Assembly (NCBI GenBank): GCA_965218095.1
Contig: OZ244587.1
Location: forward strand, 2,496,001 to 2,560,000
Reading direction: 5' to 3'
Length of the DNA stretch: 64,000 nt
Source: Candidatus Poribacteria bacterium
Lineage (GTDB): Bacteria > Poribacteria > WGA-4E > PCPOR2b
Positions 9,689 through 19,345 of the stretch are shown here, piece after piece. The notes beneath the pieces were generated by a model. It did not search any database. It worked only from the letters and a program-made list of their open reading frames with translations, and was not told the DNA's origin. Made by a program: the position numbers and the translations under genes. Each line of letters opens with the position of its first letter. The stretch's first letter is position 1.

Positions 9689-10537
9689 ATGCGATACTTA
9701 CTCGAAGAAGCCTTTTCCAATATCCGATATGGTGGTTTTGTCAGCTTCCTGAGTGTTGTGATTATTACCCTTACAATCACGATTATGAGTGCTTTGATCC
9801 TGATTGGCAACTATCTGCGTCGAGAAGTTGAAAGTCTCAAGGATGAACCAGCGATCATCGTTTTTCTCAAAGACAGTGTGAATGAGTCAGAGGGGCTGGA
9901 ATTCCGCAGCCGGATTGAGAAGATAGATCGGGTTGCTTTAGTCATTTACGTGTCCAAAGTAGAAGCGCTTGCTCGAAGTGAACAGGCGTTTGGTGAATTG
10001 GGGCCGATCATCACACAAGGATTTGAAGATATGAACCCATTACCCGCCTCTCTAGAGATTTATGTCGGTGAGACCTCGCTGACTCGTGAAGCGTTAGAGC
10101 AGCTTGCCCATCAAATTAAGTCCTTTCCGCAGGCTGAGGATGTGAGACATGAGCAGTACAGTTCTGAATTTATTCGTAAGGCGGAGATGGTGATCATGGG
10201 ATTAGGGGGGTTGATGGGGGCGGCTTCGGTGATCATTGTTTGCTTCTCGATTATGCTCACAGCTTACTTCCGCCGCGAGGAGATCCGCGTCATGAGGCTG
10301 GTTGGGGCAACCTACTGGTACATCCGTGTGCCGCTTATTGCCCAGGGGGTCTTTTTGGGATTTATGGGGAGTCTATTCGGAATCGGCAACTTCTATGCCC
10401 TGTTTCGCCTGTTCACGCCGCGAATTGGTGATATGGTGTTCATTCCATTTAATCAACTTAGCCTGATTCTGCTAGGTGGCGTCCTACTCGGATTGTTTGG
10501 CAGTATTCTACCGCTAAGGAAATATGTAAATGTCTAG
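9689..10537 (+). CDS. ftsX: Cell division permease FtsX
   Basis: N-terminal TM, YVSK.EAL, NPLPASLEI, RREEIRVMRLVGAT..IR.P; four TMs. Confidence 0.9.
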   Translation: MRYLLEEAFSNIRYGGFVSFLSVVIITLTITIMSALILIGNYLRREVESLKDEPAIIVFLKDSVNESEGLEFRSRIEKIDRVALVIYVSKVEALARSEQAFGELGPIITQGFEDMNPLPASLEIYVGETSLTREALEQLAHQIKSFPQAEDVRHEQYSSEFIRKAEMVIMGLGGLMGAASVIIVCFSIMLTAYFRREEIRVMRLVGATYWYIRVPLIAQGVFLGFMGSLFGIGNFYALFRLFTPRIGDMVFIPFNQLSLILLGGVLLGLFGSILPLRKYVNV

Positions 10538-10596
10538 CGCCTATACTTTGTTAACGAACATGCCTTAACTCAATTTAACCTTCGCCGAAGTCCGAT

Positions 10597-10854
10597 ATGC
10601 CCAATCAGAAGGCTGTTCAACTGAAGGCAGGCGATATTGTTTTCTACAACTCCAGTCTTCTCCACAAAGGGTATAACTGGTCGGGGGCGACACGCCAAAC
10701 ACTGCATTACGCGCTCGTGGTTGCACCGCCCGAAGGGGAAACGCCAAACCCGGATAGCCCTACGAGTCAGGAGTGGCTGAACGATCCAGCGTTCTTTGAA
10801 AGTCTCAACCCGCGAATCAAACCGCTTTTCGATAACTGGTTAAAATATGGATAA
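10597..10854 (+). pseudogene. C-terminal fragment of a phytanoyl-CoA dioxygenase (PhyH)-family protein
   Basis: LKAGDIVFYNSSLLHKG...R motif; the HxD-containing N-terminal half is absent. Confidence 0.7.
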
Positions 10855-10905
10855 GAAGGGAAGCGTTGGGTTTACCCTCGAAACAACAGAAAATGAGGAC
10901 ATATC

Positions 10906-12087
10906 ATGTTATATCTGAATTCCATTGAAAATGCTGAAGACAGTCCAACAGAGAAAAAATACGCAATTTGTCACGACGAAGTTCCATCTATGCGGAATAT
11001 CCCAGGATTAGCACCATCAAAGGCACTGCTCGCACAGTGGCAATCCCAGAAGATTAGTTGGGAAATATTTCGTAACCAATTCATGGAGGAAATGAGAACG
11101 GAGTATCTCCGCAACGAGAGCCGACTTAAAAGGCTGGCAAAATATGGCTTGGAAAATGATGTCACCCTCCATTCACCGGAGCCGAGCGGCGAGCAGACCT
11201 ATCGCACCATTTTGGAAGGGGTTATTAACGCAATCCTGGAAAGCGAAGGGCGGACAGACCGCGTAACCAATCTCGCACGAGAACCGGTTGAGGAGTCACA
11301 ACTGCAGGTGCAGGAAGATATTACCAGCCTTTTTCGTGACACTTTGCGTGAATTGAGCTTGACTAAAGACGACAAAACTCGATTGCTCAGGGAAAATGAC
11401 GAATTGAAAAGACAAATCGATCAACTTGAGGGAGAAACCAACACCCATACTGAGAGTATAAAATTACTGGATGAGAGAATCTCGAATAAAGATGAGCAAA
11501 TTCAATCGCTTCAAGCCGAAAGCCACAACAAAGACAGAGAGAATGCCGAGTTGAAAACGCAAATCGATCAACTTCAAAGAGAAATCAACACCCATACTGA
11601 GAGTATAGGAACTAAAAACGACGAAATTAAATCACTCAAAGCTGCAATCCGTAACAAAGATGGAGAGAATGATGAGTTGAAAACGCAGATTGCTCAACTT
11701 CAAGAAATCAATACCCACCCGGGAATCAGAGACATCGCCGTAGAAGCAACAGGGGACAATCTAGTGTTTGGAGAATACTTCAGAGACCTCAATATTGATG
11801 AAAATCTCCCTGAAATACTACGCAACTGGCTTATAAGGCAGTTGAGAACAGATCCGAATTCCCGTGAAGGATTGCCCATACTTATTCGGGAGTATCAAGG
11901 CTTTGGTGAATTTGATAAATATGATGTTCAACTTGCTCATGCTATAAGAACACAACGCGAGCTAATCGCTTATCGCGGACAAGAAATTGATGAAAGGACG
12001 AGAATGGGACGGGCACTTTGCTGCTTCTTTGCGGCAGCATTGTTATCTCCAAAACTTCCAGAACCGAAACAGCCCGCTTTTAAGTAA
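10906..12087 (+). CDS. DUF488-like domain + coiled-coil repeats + possible HEPN-like C-terminal domain
   Basis: LAPSKALL...WEIF..F..EM...VTL...YRTIL (DUF488-like); three EN.ELK.QI.QL repeats; AHAIRTQRELIAY. Confidence 0.6.
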   Translation: MLYLNSIENAEDSPTEKKYAICHDEVPSMRNIPGLAPSKALLAQWQSQKISWEIFRNQFMEEMRTEYLRNESRLKRLAKYGLENDVTLHSPEPSGEQTYRTILEGVINAILESEGRTDRVTNLAREPVEESQLQVQEDITSLFRDTLRELSLTKDDKTRLLRENDELKRQIDQLEGETNTHTESIKLLDERISNKDEQIQSLQAESHNKDRENAELKTQIDQLQREINTHTESIGTKNDEIKSLKAAIRNKDGENDELKTQIAQLQEINTHPGIRDIAVEATGDNLVFGEYFRDLNIDENLPEILRNWLIRQLRTDPNSREGLPILIREYQGFGEFDKYDVQLAHAIRTQRELIAYRGQEIDERTRMGRALCCFFAAALLSPKLPEPKQPAFK

Positions 12088-12123
12088 CCAACTCAAATAT
12101 GGATAACAGAGGAGGAGGGATTT

Positions 12124-13059
12124 ATGGCAACACATCACTTTGAACCAACCGTTTATTACACCGCAATCGGGACGCACGAGCCGGTGCTCCACATCGACAG
12201 CGGTGATACTGTCATCACAACAACGGTCGATGCGGGCGGCGTTGATGCCGCAGGCGAGCAGGTCACAGAGAGGGGAAATCCGCAGACGGGGCCCTTTTAT
12301 ATCAACGGCGCGGAGCCGGGGGACACACTTGCTGTCCATTTTGATCGCCTCGTCCCGAATCGGAAAATGGGGCGAACCGGGACGGTAATCGCCCCGCATA
12401 TCCTTGATCCGCACTATGTCGCCTCCGATCTGCCGGAGAATGGCCGCGGAGACTGGGAAATCGACCTAGACGAATGGACGGCGACCTTAGTTTCTCCGGA
12501 AACGAAACTGGGCAGGCTCACGCTGCCGTTGGAGCCGATGACCGGGTGTTTTGGTGTCGCCCCGCCGCGTAGACAGGCAATCTCCACAGCGACCTCTTCA
12601 ACGCATGGCGGGAACATGGACTACCGCGGTTTTTGTGAAGGCGTTACCGTTTACCTACCCGTCTTTGTGGATGGTGCCCTGTTCCACATTGGGGATGGAC
12701 ACGCTGTACAAGGTGATGGTGAAATCGTCGGAACCGGGATTGAGATCTCGTTTGATGTGCAGTTTACGGTCAATCTAATTAAAGGAAAAGAGATTGGTTG
12801 GCCCAGAGCGGAAAACGACAACTATATCTTAACGGCGGGAAATGCGCGTCCCTTGGATCAGGCTGTGCAACATGCGACAACTGAGCTCGTGTGCTGGCTG
12901 AATGAACTTGGCTTGGAAGGAAACGCACCCCACATCTTGCTCGGTCAATGTGTCGAATATGACCTCGGCAACGTCTATGATCCGGCGTATACGATGATCT
13001 GCAAGGTGAAAAAGCGCATCCTGCGGGATATTGGTTTGGATCTGGAACCACTGATCTGA
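12124..13059 (+). CDS. Acetamidase/formamidase family protein
   Basis: NPQTGPFYI.GAEPGDTL, HGGNMD, GDGHAVQGDGE..GTGIE. Confidence 0.93.
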   Translation: MATHHFEPTVYYTAIGTHEPVLHIDSGDTVITTTVDAGGVDAAGEQVTERGNPQTGPFYINGAEPGDTLAVHFDRLVPNRKMGRTGTVIAPHILDPHYVASDLPENGRGDWEIDLDEWTATLVSPETKLGRLTLPLEPMTGCFGVAPPRRQAISTATSSTHGGNMDYRGFCEGVTVYLPVFVDGALFHIGDGHAVQGDGEIVGTGIEISFDVQFTVNLIKGKEIGWPRAENDNYILTAGNARPLDQAVQHATTELVCWLNELGLEGNAPHILLGQCVEYDLGNVYDPAYTMICKVKKRILRDIGLDLEPLI

Positions 13060-13254
13060 AAATCAACGAAGTAGAATATGGCCGATTCTCGGACGAGCAC
13101 TGCCAGCCCCCGATCGTCGATCGGGGATGCTTGCGGAGCAGGGCTTGTTTTTGCCAGCCTCTGAACCAGCTAGTGGTCTAAGGCATAAATATGTGGGCAG
13201 TCACCTTGACTGTTTAACTGTCCAAGAACTTCTGCCGTGAAACACTAACAGCAG

Positions 13255-13287
13255 GTTAAACGAAGCGAAGTCCCGATATATCGGGAC
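13255..13287. repeat. CCCGAT-N-ATCGGG palindromic repeat family member
   Basis: GTTAAACGAAGCGAAGTCCCGATATATCGGGAC; relatives near 2148, 4071, 13107, 19310, 29677 and 56657. Confidence 0.65.
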
Positions 13288-13292
13288 TCTAC

Positions 13293-13925
13293 TTAGAACA
13301 ACGTCAACTTCGGCTGCTCAGGGACTTCTGCCAGTTTACGCTTCGCTTCGGCGATGTCATCAATCAAGCTTTGCCGGGCATGCGTATATGCCTCGCCCTC
13401 CTGCCTCAACACATATGCCGGGTTAAAGGTCGCCATCACGAATGGAGCATAAAGTGTGTCTGTGAACCACGTGCCACGCTCCTCAGTCATGCGGAATCCC
13501 TTGTGGATGAGCGTATTGGCAGCAGGACTTCCCATACACAGAATGACGGATGGGTTAATCAACGTGATCTCTCCATCAAGCCACTTTGCGCACGCTTTGA
13601 TCTCCCCTGCTCTCGGCGGACGGTTTTTGACGACACGCCCCTTTCGGACGGCGGCGCGACATTTAATTACGTTTGTCAGCCAGATCTCCCCACGAGTCAA
13701 TTCGTTTGCCTGAAGCACCTCATCGAGTAGATCTCCCGATGGCCCTGAAAACGGGAGCTTTGTGTGTTCATCCGTCGCAGATGGACCTTCAGCGACAATA
13801 ACGAGTTTGGCGGCCGGATCGCCGCTCCCAAAAACGACGTTCAACCGGGTTTCTGCCAATCTACAGGCAGTGCAGACAATTGCTTGCGCTTTGAGTGTCT
13901 CCATTTTTTCGGCGCCTTTAGTCAT
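13293..13925 (-). CDS. Family-4 (Fe-S) uracil-DNA glycosylase-like protein with atypical motifs
   Basis: CTACRL, VFGSG, AEGPS, PF.GPSG, TNVIKCR, NRPP, EI.AC; motif B reads FNPAYVLR. Confidence 0.9.
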   Translation of the reverse strand: MTKGAEKMETLKAQAIVCTACRLAETRLNVVFGSGDPAAKLVIVAEGPSATDEHTKLPFSGPSGDLLDEVLQANELTRGEIWLTNVIKCRAAVRKGRVVKNRPPRAGEIKACAKWLDGEITLINPSVILCMGSPAANTLIHKGFRMTEERGTWFTDTLYAPFVMATFNPAYVLRQEGEAYTHARQSLIDDIAEAKRKLAEVPEQPKLTLF

Positions 13926-14003
13926 TTTGATCGCCCATATCTTTTGGGGGTACGGAGAATTGTATCTCTTGATGATAGTTAAGAATATGGCATGTCGGTT
14001 TGT

Positions 14004-14168
14004 TCAAACCGGATGAAATTCAGATTCAAATTCAGTAACCGGCACTTCAATTGTCCCCTGAATCGCTTCAAGTGAATGGGCTTTTTTCTGCATCTCACCG
14101 TAAACCTTCAACGTGAAATATGGTTCACCACAGTGCTGGCAGACGCTCGCAGACACATTTTCATAGTG
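14004..14168 (-). pseudogene. YgiT/MqsA-type zinc-finger protein remnant (3' half)
   Basis: Minus-strand frame HYENVSASVCQHCGEPYF...IEVPV; no start codon or first CxxC. Confidence 0.6.
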
Positions 14169-14268
14169 AGAACAGGGGAAGAAGAAGCAAATTGGAAGGG
14201 AGGAAGGAGAGTAAACCTCCAGTAAGACGCTGACATTCTTCTAAGTCCGTTGACGGACATTCATTATC

Positions 14269-14781
14269 TTACTGCTTTTCGTAAACCGTTGTGGTGGTTC
14301 GTCCGGTTGCTTCATCTCTGCTGGTAATGGTCAGCCGGTTTTCGTCGCGTTTGACAGTTGATTCACCAGTGATTCCAGATGGGACCGAAAGCCACGTATT
14401 GAAGTCCGGTTCTATCTCGATATCAGTTGTTTCACCAGTGATTTTGTTCCCGGAAATCTTGTAGGTTCCTTGTGCGGTAACAGTGAATTGTCCGAGCACA
14501 GGGACCTCCGACACAGTCGTAACACTCCAGGTCCCATCAGCTTCGAGAGTAAACGTCTGCTCAGGTAAAGCGCTTGTGCCAGGAACCTGTGGTTCAAAGG
14601 CAACAAGTTTCCATGTGCCAACAATATTGACACTATCACGACTGCTTGCGTCTACGGTGATGGGATTGCTATCTTTACCTATGTCATCCGTTTCATCGTC
14701 ATCGCCGCAACCAACGAATACAGATACGCACACAGCTAAAACAATCACCTCTATGAATAAGAAAAAAGGAAAACACTTCAT
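14269..14781 (-). CDS. Lipoprotein with lipocalin-like domain
   Basis: Lipobox FVGC followed by acidic linker; IVGTWKL, DGTW, GTYKISGNKIT. Confidence 0.75.
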   Translation of the reverse strand: MKCFPFFLFIEVIVLAVCVSVFVGCGDDDETDDIGKDSNPITVDASSRDSVNIVGTWKLVAFEPQVPGTSALPEQTFTLEADGTWSVTTVSEVPVLGQFTVTAQGTYKISGNKITGETTDIEIEPDFNTWLSVPSGITGESTVKRDENRLTITSRDEATGRTTTTVYEKQ

Positions 14782-14894
14782 TTTGTCTGGAAAAAGTAAG
14801 GAATAGGATCGAGGGGAGTAATAAGGGGGAGGGGAAGAAGGGTCAGTTGGGAGGAAGGATGGAAAGCGTTTGGCGTCAAATGCTTTCCATCCTT

Positions 14895-15045
14895 CTAAAC
14901 AGCTAATTTCAGGTATTCATTGCATGACTGTTTCTCGGAAACGGTTCTGGACGTTTCCCCTGTTGTCGCATCTGTGCTGGTAAAGACAAGCTGGTTTCCG
15001 TCACGCTCGTACATTGTTTCATTCTCGGATATCCCACCCTCTGAA
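14895..15045 (-). pseudogene. C-terminal remnant of a paralog of the adjacent lipoprotein
   Basis: ETMYERDGNQLVFTSTDATTGETSRTVSEKQ aligns with ESTVKRDENRLTITSRDEATGRTTTTVYEKQ. Confidence 0.65.
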
Positions 15046-15255
15046 GTAAGATGATAACATAGTTATTGGGGGATGTCAACATGTATAAACGATCTTGCTG
15101 GCAAAGTGGGATATACTAAGTGGTGGCGCAGGTGCGAGCGTATTTTTTCAAAGGAGAGAGCGAGAAGGCAAGGGAGTGAAAGCAGATAAGCGAAAGGGAC
15201 TTTGAGGCTCATTTCTGGATTAAGTACCTGGCGGGGATCATGATTCTTATACGAC

Positions 15256-16098
15256 CTAAAACCGCTTCCGCAAAACAACTCGGCTCTGAAGGGTATGGGG
15301 GGAGACGGTCGTTTGCAGTTCTAATTCAAAGGGCTTGGGGAATGCGGCTTGCGGAGCATGTTTTTTATTATAGTTTTTGGTGGCAATACGGGCGTCAATT
15401 GCGCTGACGACGTGATTCAAAATCACGATTCCCTCGAAATTACGAGCCGACTGGAATTTGTCGTTGGCATCCTTTCGCAGTTTGCGGGCTTCCAGGCGTA
15501 GTGGGGAAGGAGTAGAGATTTTTTCTTCTTCTCTGTCTTTGAATGACCGTTGATCGCTCCAGTACCACTTGCCTGTGCGCGCCCGGGTCGGATCTGAATC
15601 ATACTCATGGTTCCAGTTTTCATATTGCGTCGCGTGCTCGAAGTCTTCGATAAGGTCCCAGTTGTTGAACTTCGTGGGTCCTTCAGGAATAACAACGTGT
15701 TGTCTCACCTGTGCACGGTAGTCCTTCCGGAGGTCTTCCGCGTTGCTGCGCGTAATGAAATAGGCGGCAAGGAACCCCACCTCCGCCGCAATCTGAAGAT
15801 AGCCACGCTTCGCGCCAATGTAGAGCTGCCCCGAACCGGGAACGAGCGCCGAATACAAAAATGCTTTGGTTGGGGATTTCGACGACTCTGGATTGAGTGT
15901 GCTCTGGCGTCCCCCCATGCTTGAGGCCTCACTTTGATCTACCGGTAATGCCTGCATGCCAAGCGCAGAGATCAGCCGAAAAGAAGTCCGCTCAAAGCCC
16001 GACTTATTCGACTCGACCTCTGCTGATGCGACACTTAGCCATGCGAACATCGCTCCATGGATCAGCAGCACGAAAGCAATCCAACGTGTATATCTCAT
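15256..16098 (-). CDS. Exported/membrane protein, DUF5683-like
   Basis: Signal peptide; KSPTKAFLYSALVPGSGQLY; NHVVSAIDA; ends in F. Confidence 0.65.
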   Translation of the reverse strand: MRYTRWIAFVLLIHGAMFAWLSVASAEVESNKSGFERTSFRLISALGMQALPVDQSEASSMGGRQSTLNPESSKSPTKAFLYSALVPGSGQLYIGAKRGYLQIAAEVGFLAAYFITRSNAEDLRKDYRAQVRQHVVIPEGPTKFNNWDLIEDFEHATQYENWNHEYDSDPTRARTGKWYWSDQRSFKDREEEKISTPSPLRLEARKLRKDANDKFQSARNFEGIVILNHVVSAIDARIATKNYNKKHAPQAAFPKPFELELQTTVSPHTLQSRVVLRKRF

Positions 16099-16215
16099 TT
16101 TTTTCTCCTTAGGAATCGGGTGGCGGGGTTTAGAGCCGCCCCTCGATCTGAGAAGGCACGGAATTTCTGAAACATGACGTAATACCTGAGGGGTTTCACG
16201 TTTTACGCTTCACGC

Positions 16216-17367
16216 CTAGAATCTCAGTATCAGAGCAAAGACGTGCAGACGCTTATTTTCTGGACCGCCGCCGGGGAGTTGCGCGTAATCAATCTGATAG
16301 TTGAGCAATCTAACACCTAAACCGTAGGTTAAGTGATCCGTGAAGTTGGGCAGGTCAATACCGGGTTCACCTTTATAGCCAACGCGCAGTGCAAGAAGGT
16401 TGCCCATCCAATACTCGACGCCGATGCCCTTCCGCATTTGCCTCCATTCAAGGGCGCGTATCCCGACGCCCCGATCTGAAAGCAACCCGTTGCGTGTGAA
16501 TTCAGGCTTCAGCTCCCGACCTTCCGTTAGTCTCTGTTCATTTTCCTTTTTTATGAGCGCATTTTGCTCCAGTAAATACGCCTCTAATTCATCCTCATCC
16601 TCTTTCAATTTATCGATAAACGCAGTCAGGTCACCAATGAGCCTCAGATTGTGATTTCCTTCATCGTAGAGCGTTACCGCTGTTCCAAATCTGAACATAC
16701 GAGGGAGTGGGTCACTTTGGTTTTCATCTATGAACTGAATCCGTGTTCCCCAATTCAGCACGGCTGCACCGATCCGGACCGGAACAGGCAGATTCGGCAG
16801 ATCATATTGTAAGCCGAGATCTACGGCATAGGAATGTCCGCCATCCCGCCACAATTTCAGACTGATAACTTTGCCGCTGATTCCTCCCAACAGTCCTTTC
16901 GCCAATTCATCCGCGTAAGAGACAGTCCACACCCAGTTTGTTCCAAGATTCTCTGTTCGCTCTGGCACCGGCGAGGTGGTTGTCACATCAATGGTCCCTT
17001 GTCCTTCAAGCTGAAGCATGGTGCCGAGGGTGCCGGCATCCTTGAGCGATAAAGCACCGCCAAAGAAGGCATAGAACAATCCTTCGCCGGCCTCTCCGAA
17101 GGGTTGGCCGTGGTCTAAAAGCGAAATAACCGCCTGTTTCTTTTCCATAATGCCTAGCCCACTCGGATTCCATAAAGCAGCCGTGACATCGTTATTAATC
17201 GCCGAGAACGCATCGCCTAACGCGGCAGCGCGTGTTCCACCGCCAAGATGGAGGATTGGCGCACCAGTTCGCCCCGGGCCCGCCAACACAGCAGATGGAA
17301 TAGAAAGCATTATCAGTAGTAGCAGTGTAACAGTCGTGGGTCGCACAATTGTTTGTTTCATTTTCAA
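16216..17367 (-). CDS. PorV/PorQ (UPF0164)-family outer-membrane beta-barrel protein
   Basis: GGGTRAAALGDAF.A..DVTA..WNPSGL, DPLPRMFRFG, GVEYW...ALRVGY, C-terminal F. Confidence 0.8.
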   Translation of the reverse strand: MKMKQTIVRPTTVTLLLLIMLSIPSAVLAGPGRTGAPILHLGGGTRAAALGDAFSAINNDVTAALWNPSGLGIMEKKQAVISLLDHGQPFGEAGEGLFYAFFGGALSLKDAGTLGTMLQLEGQGTIDVTTTSPVPERTENLGTNWVWTVSYADELAKGLLGGISGKVISLKLWRDGGHSYAVDLGLQYDLPNLPVPVRIGAAVLNWGTRIQFIDENQSDPLPRMFRFGTAVTLYDEGNHNLRLIGDLTAFIDKLKEDEDELEAYLLEQNALIKKENEQRLTEGRELKPEFTRNGLLSDRGVGIRALEWRQMRKGIGVEYWMGNLLALRVGYKGEPGIDLPNFTDHLTYGLGVRLLNYQIDYAQLPGGGPENKRLHVFALILRF

Positions 17368-17531
17368 AATCTCCTTACATCAAACCCCAAAAGGGGATAA
17401 AACTTTAGCATTTACAACCGATCCAAACGAGAAGTTGTTTAATCAAGTTTACACAAGGTATTTAATTTCATTTACCGCTCTCGATGCGGATGAGAGCGTC
17501 GGGGTGAACCTCTCAACACCCCGTCAAACCT

Positions 17532-19223
17532 CTAAAGAAAATCAAAGTCGCAGCCCAGATGCGCCTGCTCAATATGCTCGATGTACAGCTTACCGTAGCC
17601 TCGCTTAAAGTGTGGTTCAGGTAAGATGAGGTCCTCTCGCCGCTTTGCCAATACCGCGTCATCAACCCGTAATTCCAACCGCTTGTTCCGGGTATCCAAT
17701 TCGATGAGATCGCCATCCTGTACCAGTGCGAGCGGACCACCGACAGCCGCTTCGGGGGAGATGTGCAGCACGATTGTGCCAAATGCGGTTCCACTCATAC
17801 GAGCATCTGAAATGCGAACCATATCTTTGACGCCTACCCGCAGCAGTTTCTTTGGGATAGGGAGATAGCCTGCCTCCGGCATTCCCGGTCCACCAATGGG
17901 GCCTGCGTTCTGGAGCACAATCACATGCTCTTCGGTGATAGGTAAATCAGGGTTATCAATGCGGTTGTGCAGGTCCTCAAGCGATCCAAAAACAATCGCC
18001 GGTCCCTGATGTGTCAGCCAATGAGGAGAAGCAGCGGAACGTTTGATCACCGCACCATTCGGCGCCAGGTTTCCAAAAAGACAGGCAAGCGATCCGGTTC
18101 CAAGCAAAGGCTCATCCTTGGTTTTAATGACATCCTGCCAGGCTGGGGGCTGGGGAACGGTCGAAAGATTTTCTCCAATGGTCGTCCCCAGCACAGTGAG
18201 GGCATCTCGATGGAGAAAGTCTTCGAGTGCTTTCATGACAACGGGAATCCCACCCGCCTTGAAGAGGTCCTCCATGTAATATCGACCACTTGGCTTGAGG
18301 TTCAGCAGCACCGGTGTTTCATCACTGATCTGATCGAAGTCCGTGAGGTTGAGTCGAACGCCGAGTCGCTTCGCAATCGCCGTCAAATGAATGACGCCAT
18401 TCGTCGAACCGCCGATTGCCATCAGGAGGCGCATCGCGTTTTCAAATGACTGATGCGTCAGGATCTTTGACGGACGGAGTTCTTTCCAAATCATTGAGAC
18501 AATCGTTCTGCCCGTCGCTTCCGCATGGCGACGCCGTTCCGCCATTACCGCGGGGATAGCGGCGCCGCCAGGCAGCATCATTCCGAGCGCCTCTGCCAGC
18601 CCCGCCATTGTACTAGCTGTTCCCATGACCATGCAGGTGCCTGTGCTGGAACATAACCGACCGCCGATTTCATCGGCTTGATCTCTATCCAAACGTCCAG
18701 CACGGTATTCGCCCCAGAATCGGCGACAATCCGTACAAGCTCCCAGCCGTCTGCCTTGATAATCCCCGGTGATCATCGGCCCCGCAACCAAACAGATTAC
18801 CGGTCGATCCGCACTCACGGCCCCCATCAACTGGGCGGGGACCGTTTTATCGCACCCGCCCAGCAGAACAACACCATCCATCGGCTGTGCGCGGATCATC
18901 TCCTCTGTATCCATCGCCATCAGGTTGCGAAACATCATGGTTGTGGGCGCCGTGAACATTTCCCCAAGCGAGATCGTCGGGAATTCGATGGGCAGCCCAC
19001 CTTGAGACAAAACGCCCCGCTTAACCGCTTCGATCAGATCGCCGAAGTTGTGATGGCAGCTATTGAAACCACTGAAGGTGTTGATGATGCCGACGATAGG
19101 TCGCTCAAGCTCCGCATCGGAATATCCCATCCCTTTCGCAAATGCCTTGCGGATATATACACTGAACTCCGGATCGCCGTAGTGGGTCAAGCCTTGCTTG
19201 ATGCCTGATGGATTGTTTTGCAT
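17532..19223 (-). CDS. IlvD/Edd-family dehydratase (probably sugar-acid)
   Basis: NSCH, GGCDKT.P, CMVMGTASTM, GGSTN, GGPGMPE, ISDARMSGT, H.SPEA. Confidence 0.93.
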   Translation of the reverse strand: MQNNPSGIKQGLTHYGDPEFSVYIRKAFAKGMGYSDAELERPIVGIINTFSGFNSCHHNFGDLIEAVKRGVLSQGGLPIEFPTISLGEMFTAPTTMMFRNLMAMDTEEMIRAQPMDGVVLLGGCDKTVPAQLMGAVSADRPVICLVAGPMITGDYQGRRLGACTDCRRFWGEYRAGRLDRDQADEIGGRLCSSTGTCMVMGTASTMAGLAEALGMMLPGGAAIPAVMAERRRHAEATGRTIVSMIWKELRPSKILTHQSFENAMRLLMAIGGSTNGVIHLTAIAKRLGVRLNLTDFDQISDETPVLLNLKPSGRYYMEDLFKAGGIPVVMKALEDFLHRDALTVLGTTIGENLSTVPQPPAWQDVIKTKDEPLLGTGSLACLFGNLAPNGAVIKRSAASPHWLTHQGPAIVFGSLEDLHNRIDNPDLPITEEHVIVLQNAGPIGGPGMPEAGYLPIPKKLLRVGVKDMVRISDARMSGTAFGTIVLHISPEAAVGGPLALVQDGDLIELDTRNKRLELRVDDAVLAKRREDLILPEPHFKRGYGKLYIEHIEQAHLGCDFDFL

Positions 19224-19345
19224 AATATTCTTACTTTGCAGGAGCGGAATCCTTTCCGAGACTCTCTGTATCTTTCCCGGAGGCTAATTCTTACTCATAA
19301 GTCTGTGAACCCCGATAAATCGGGGCGACTTCTCTCTCTCCCTTG

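Noticed and set aside
13293-13925. UdgX (covalent uracil-binding protein)
   Set aside because: The basic loop lacks the His of KRRIH and no radical-SAM partner gene is adjacent
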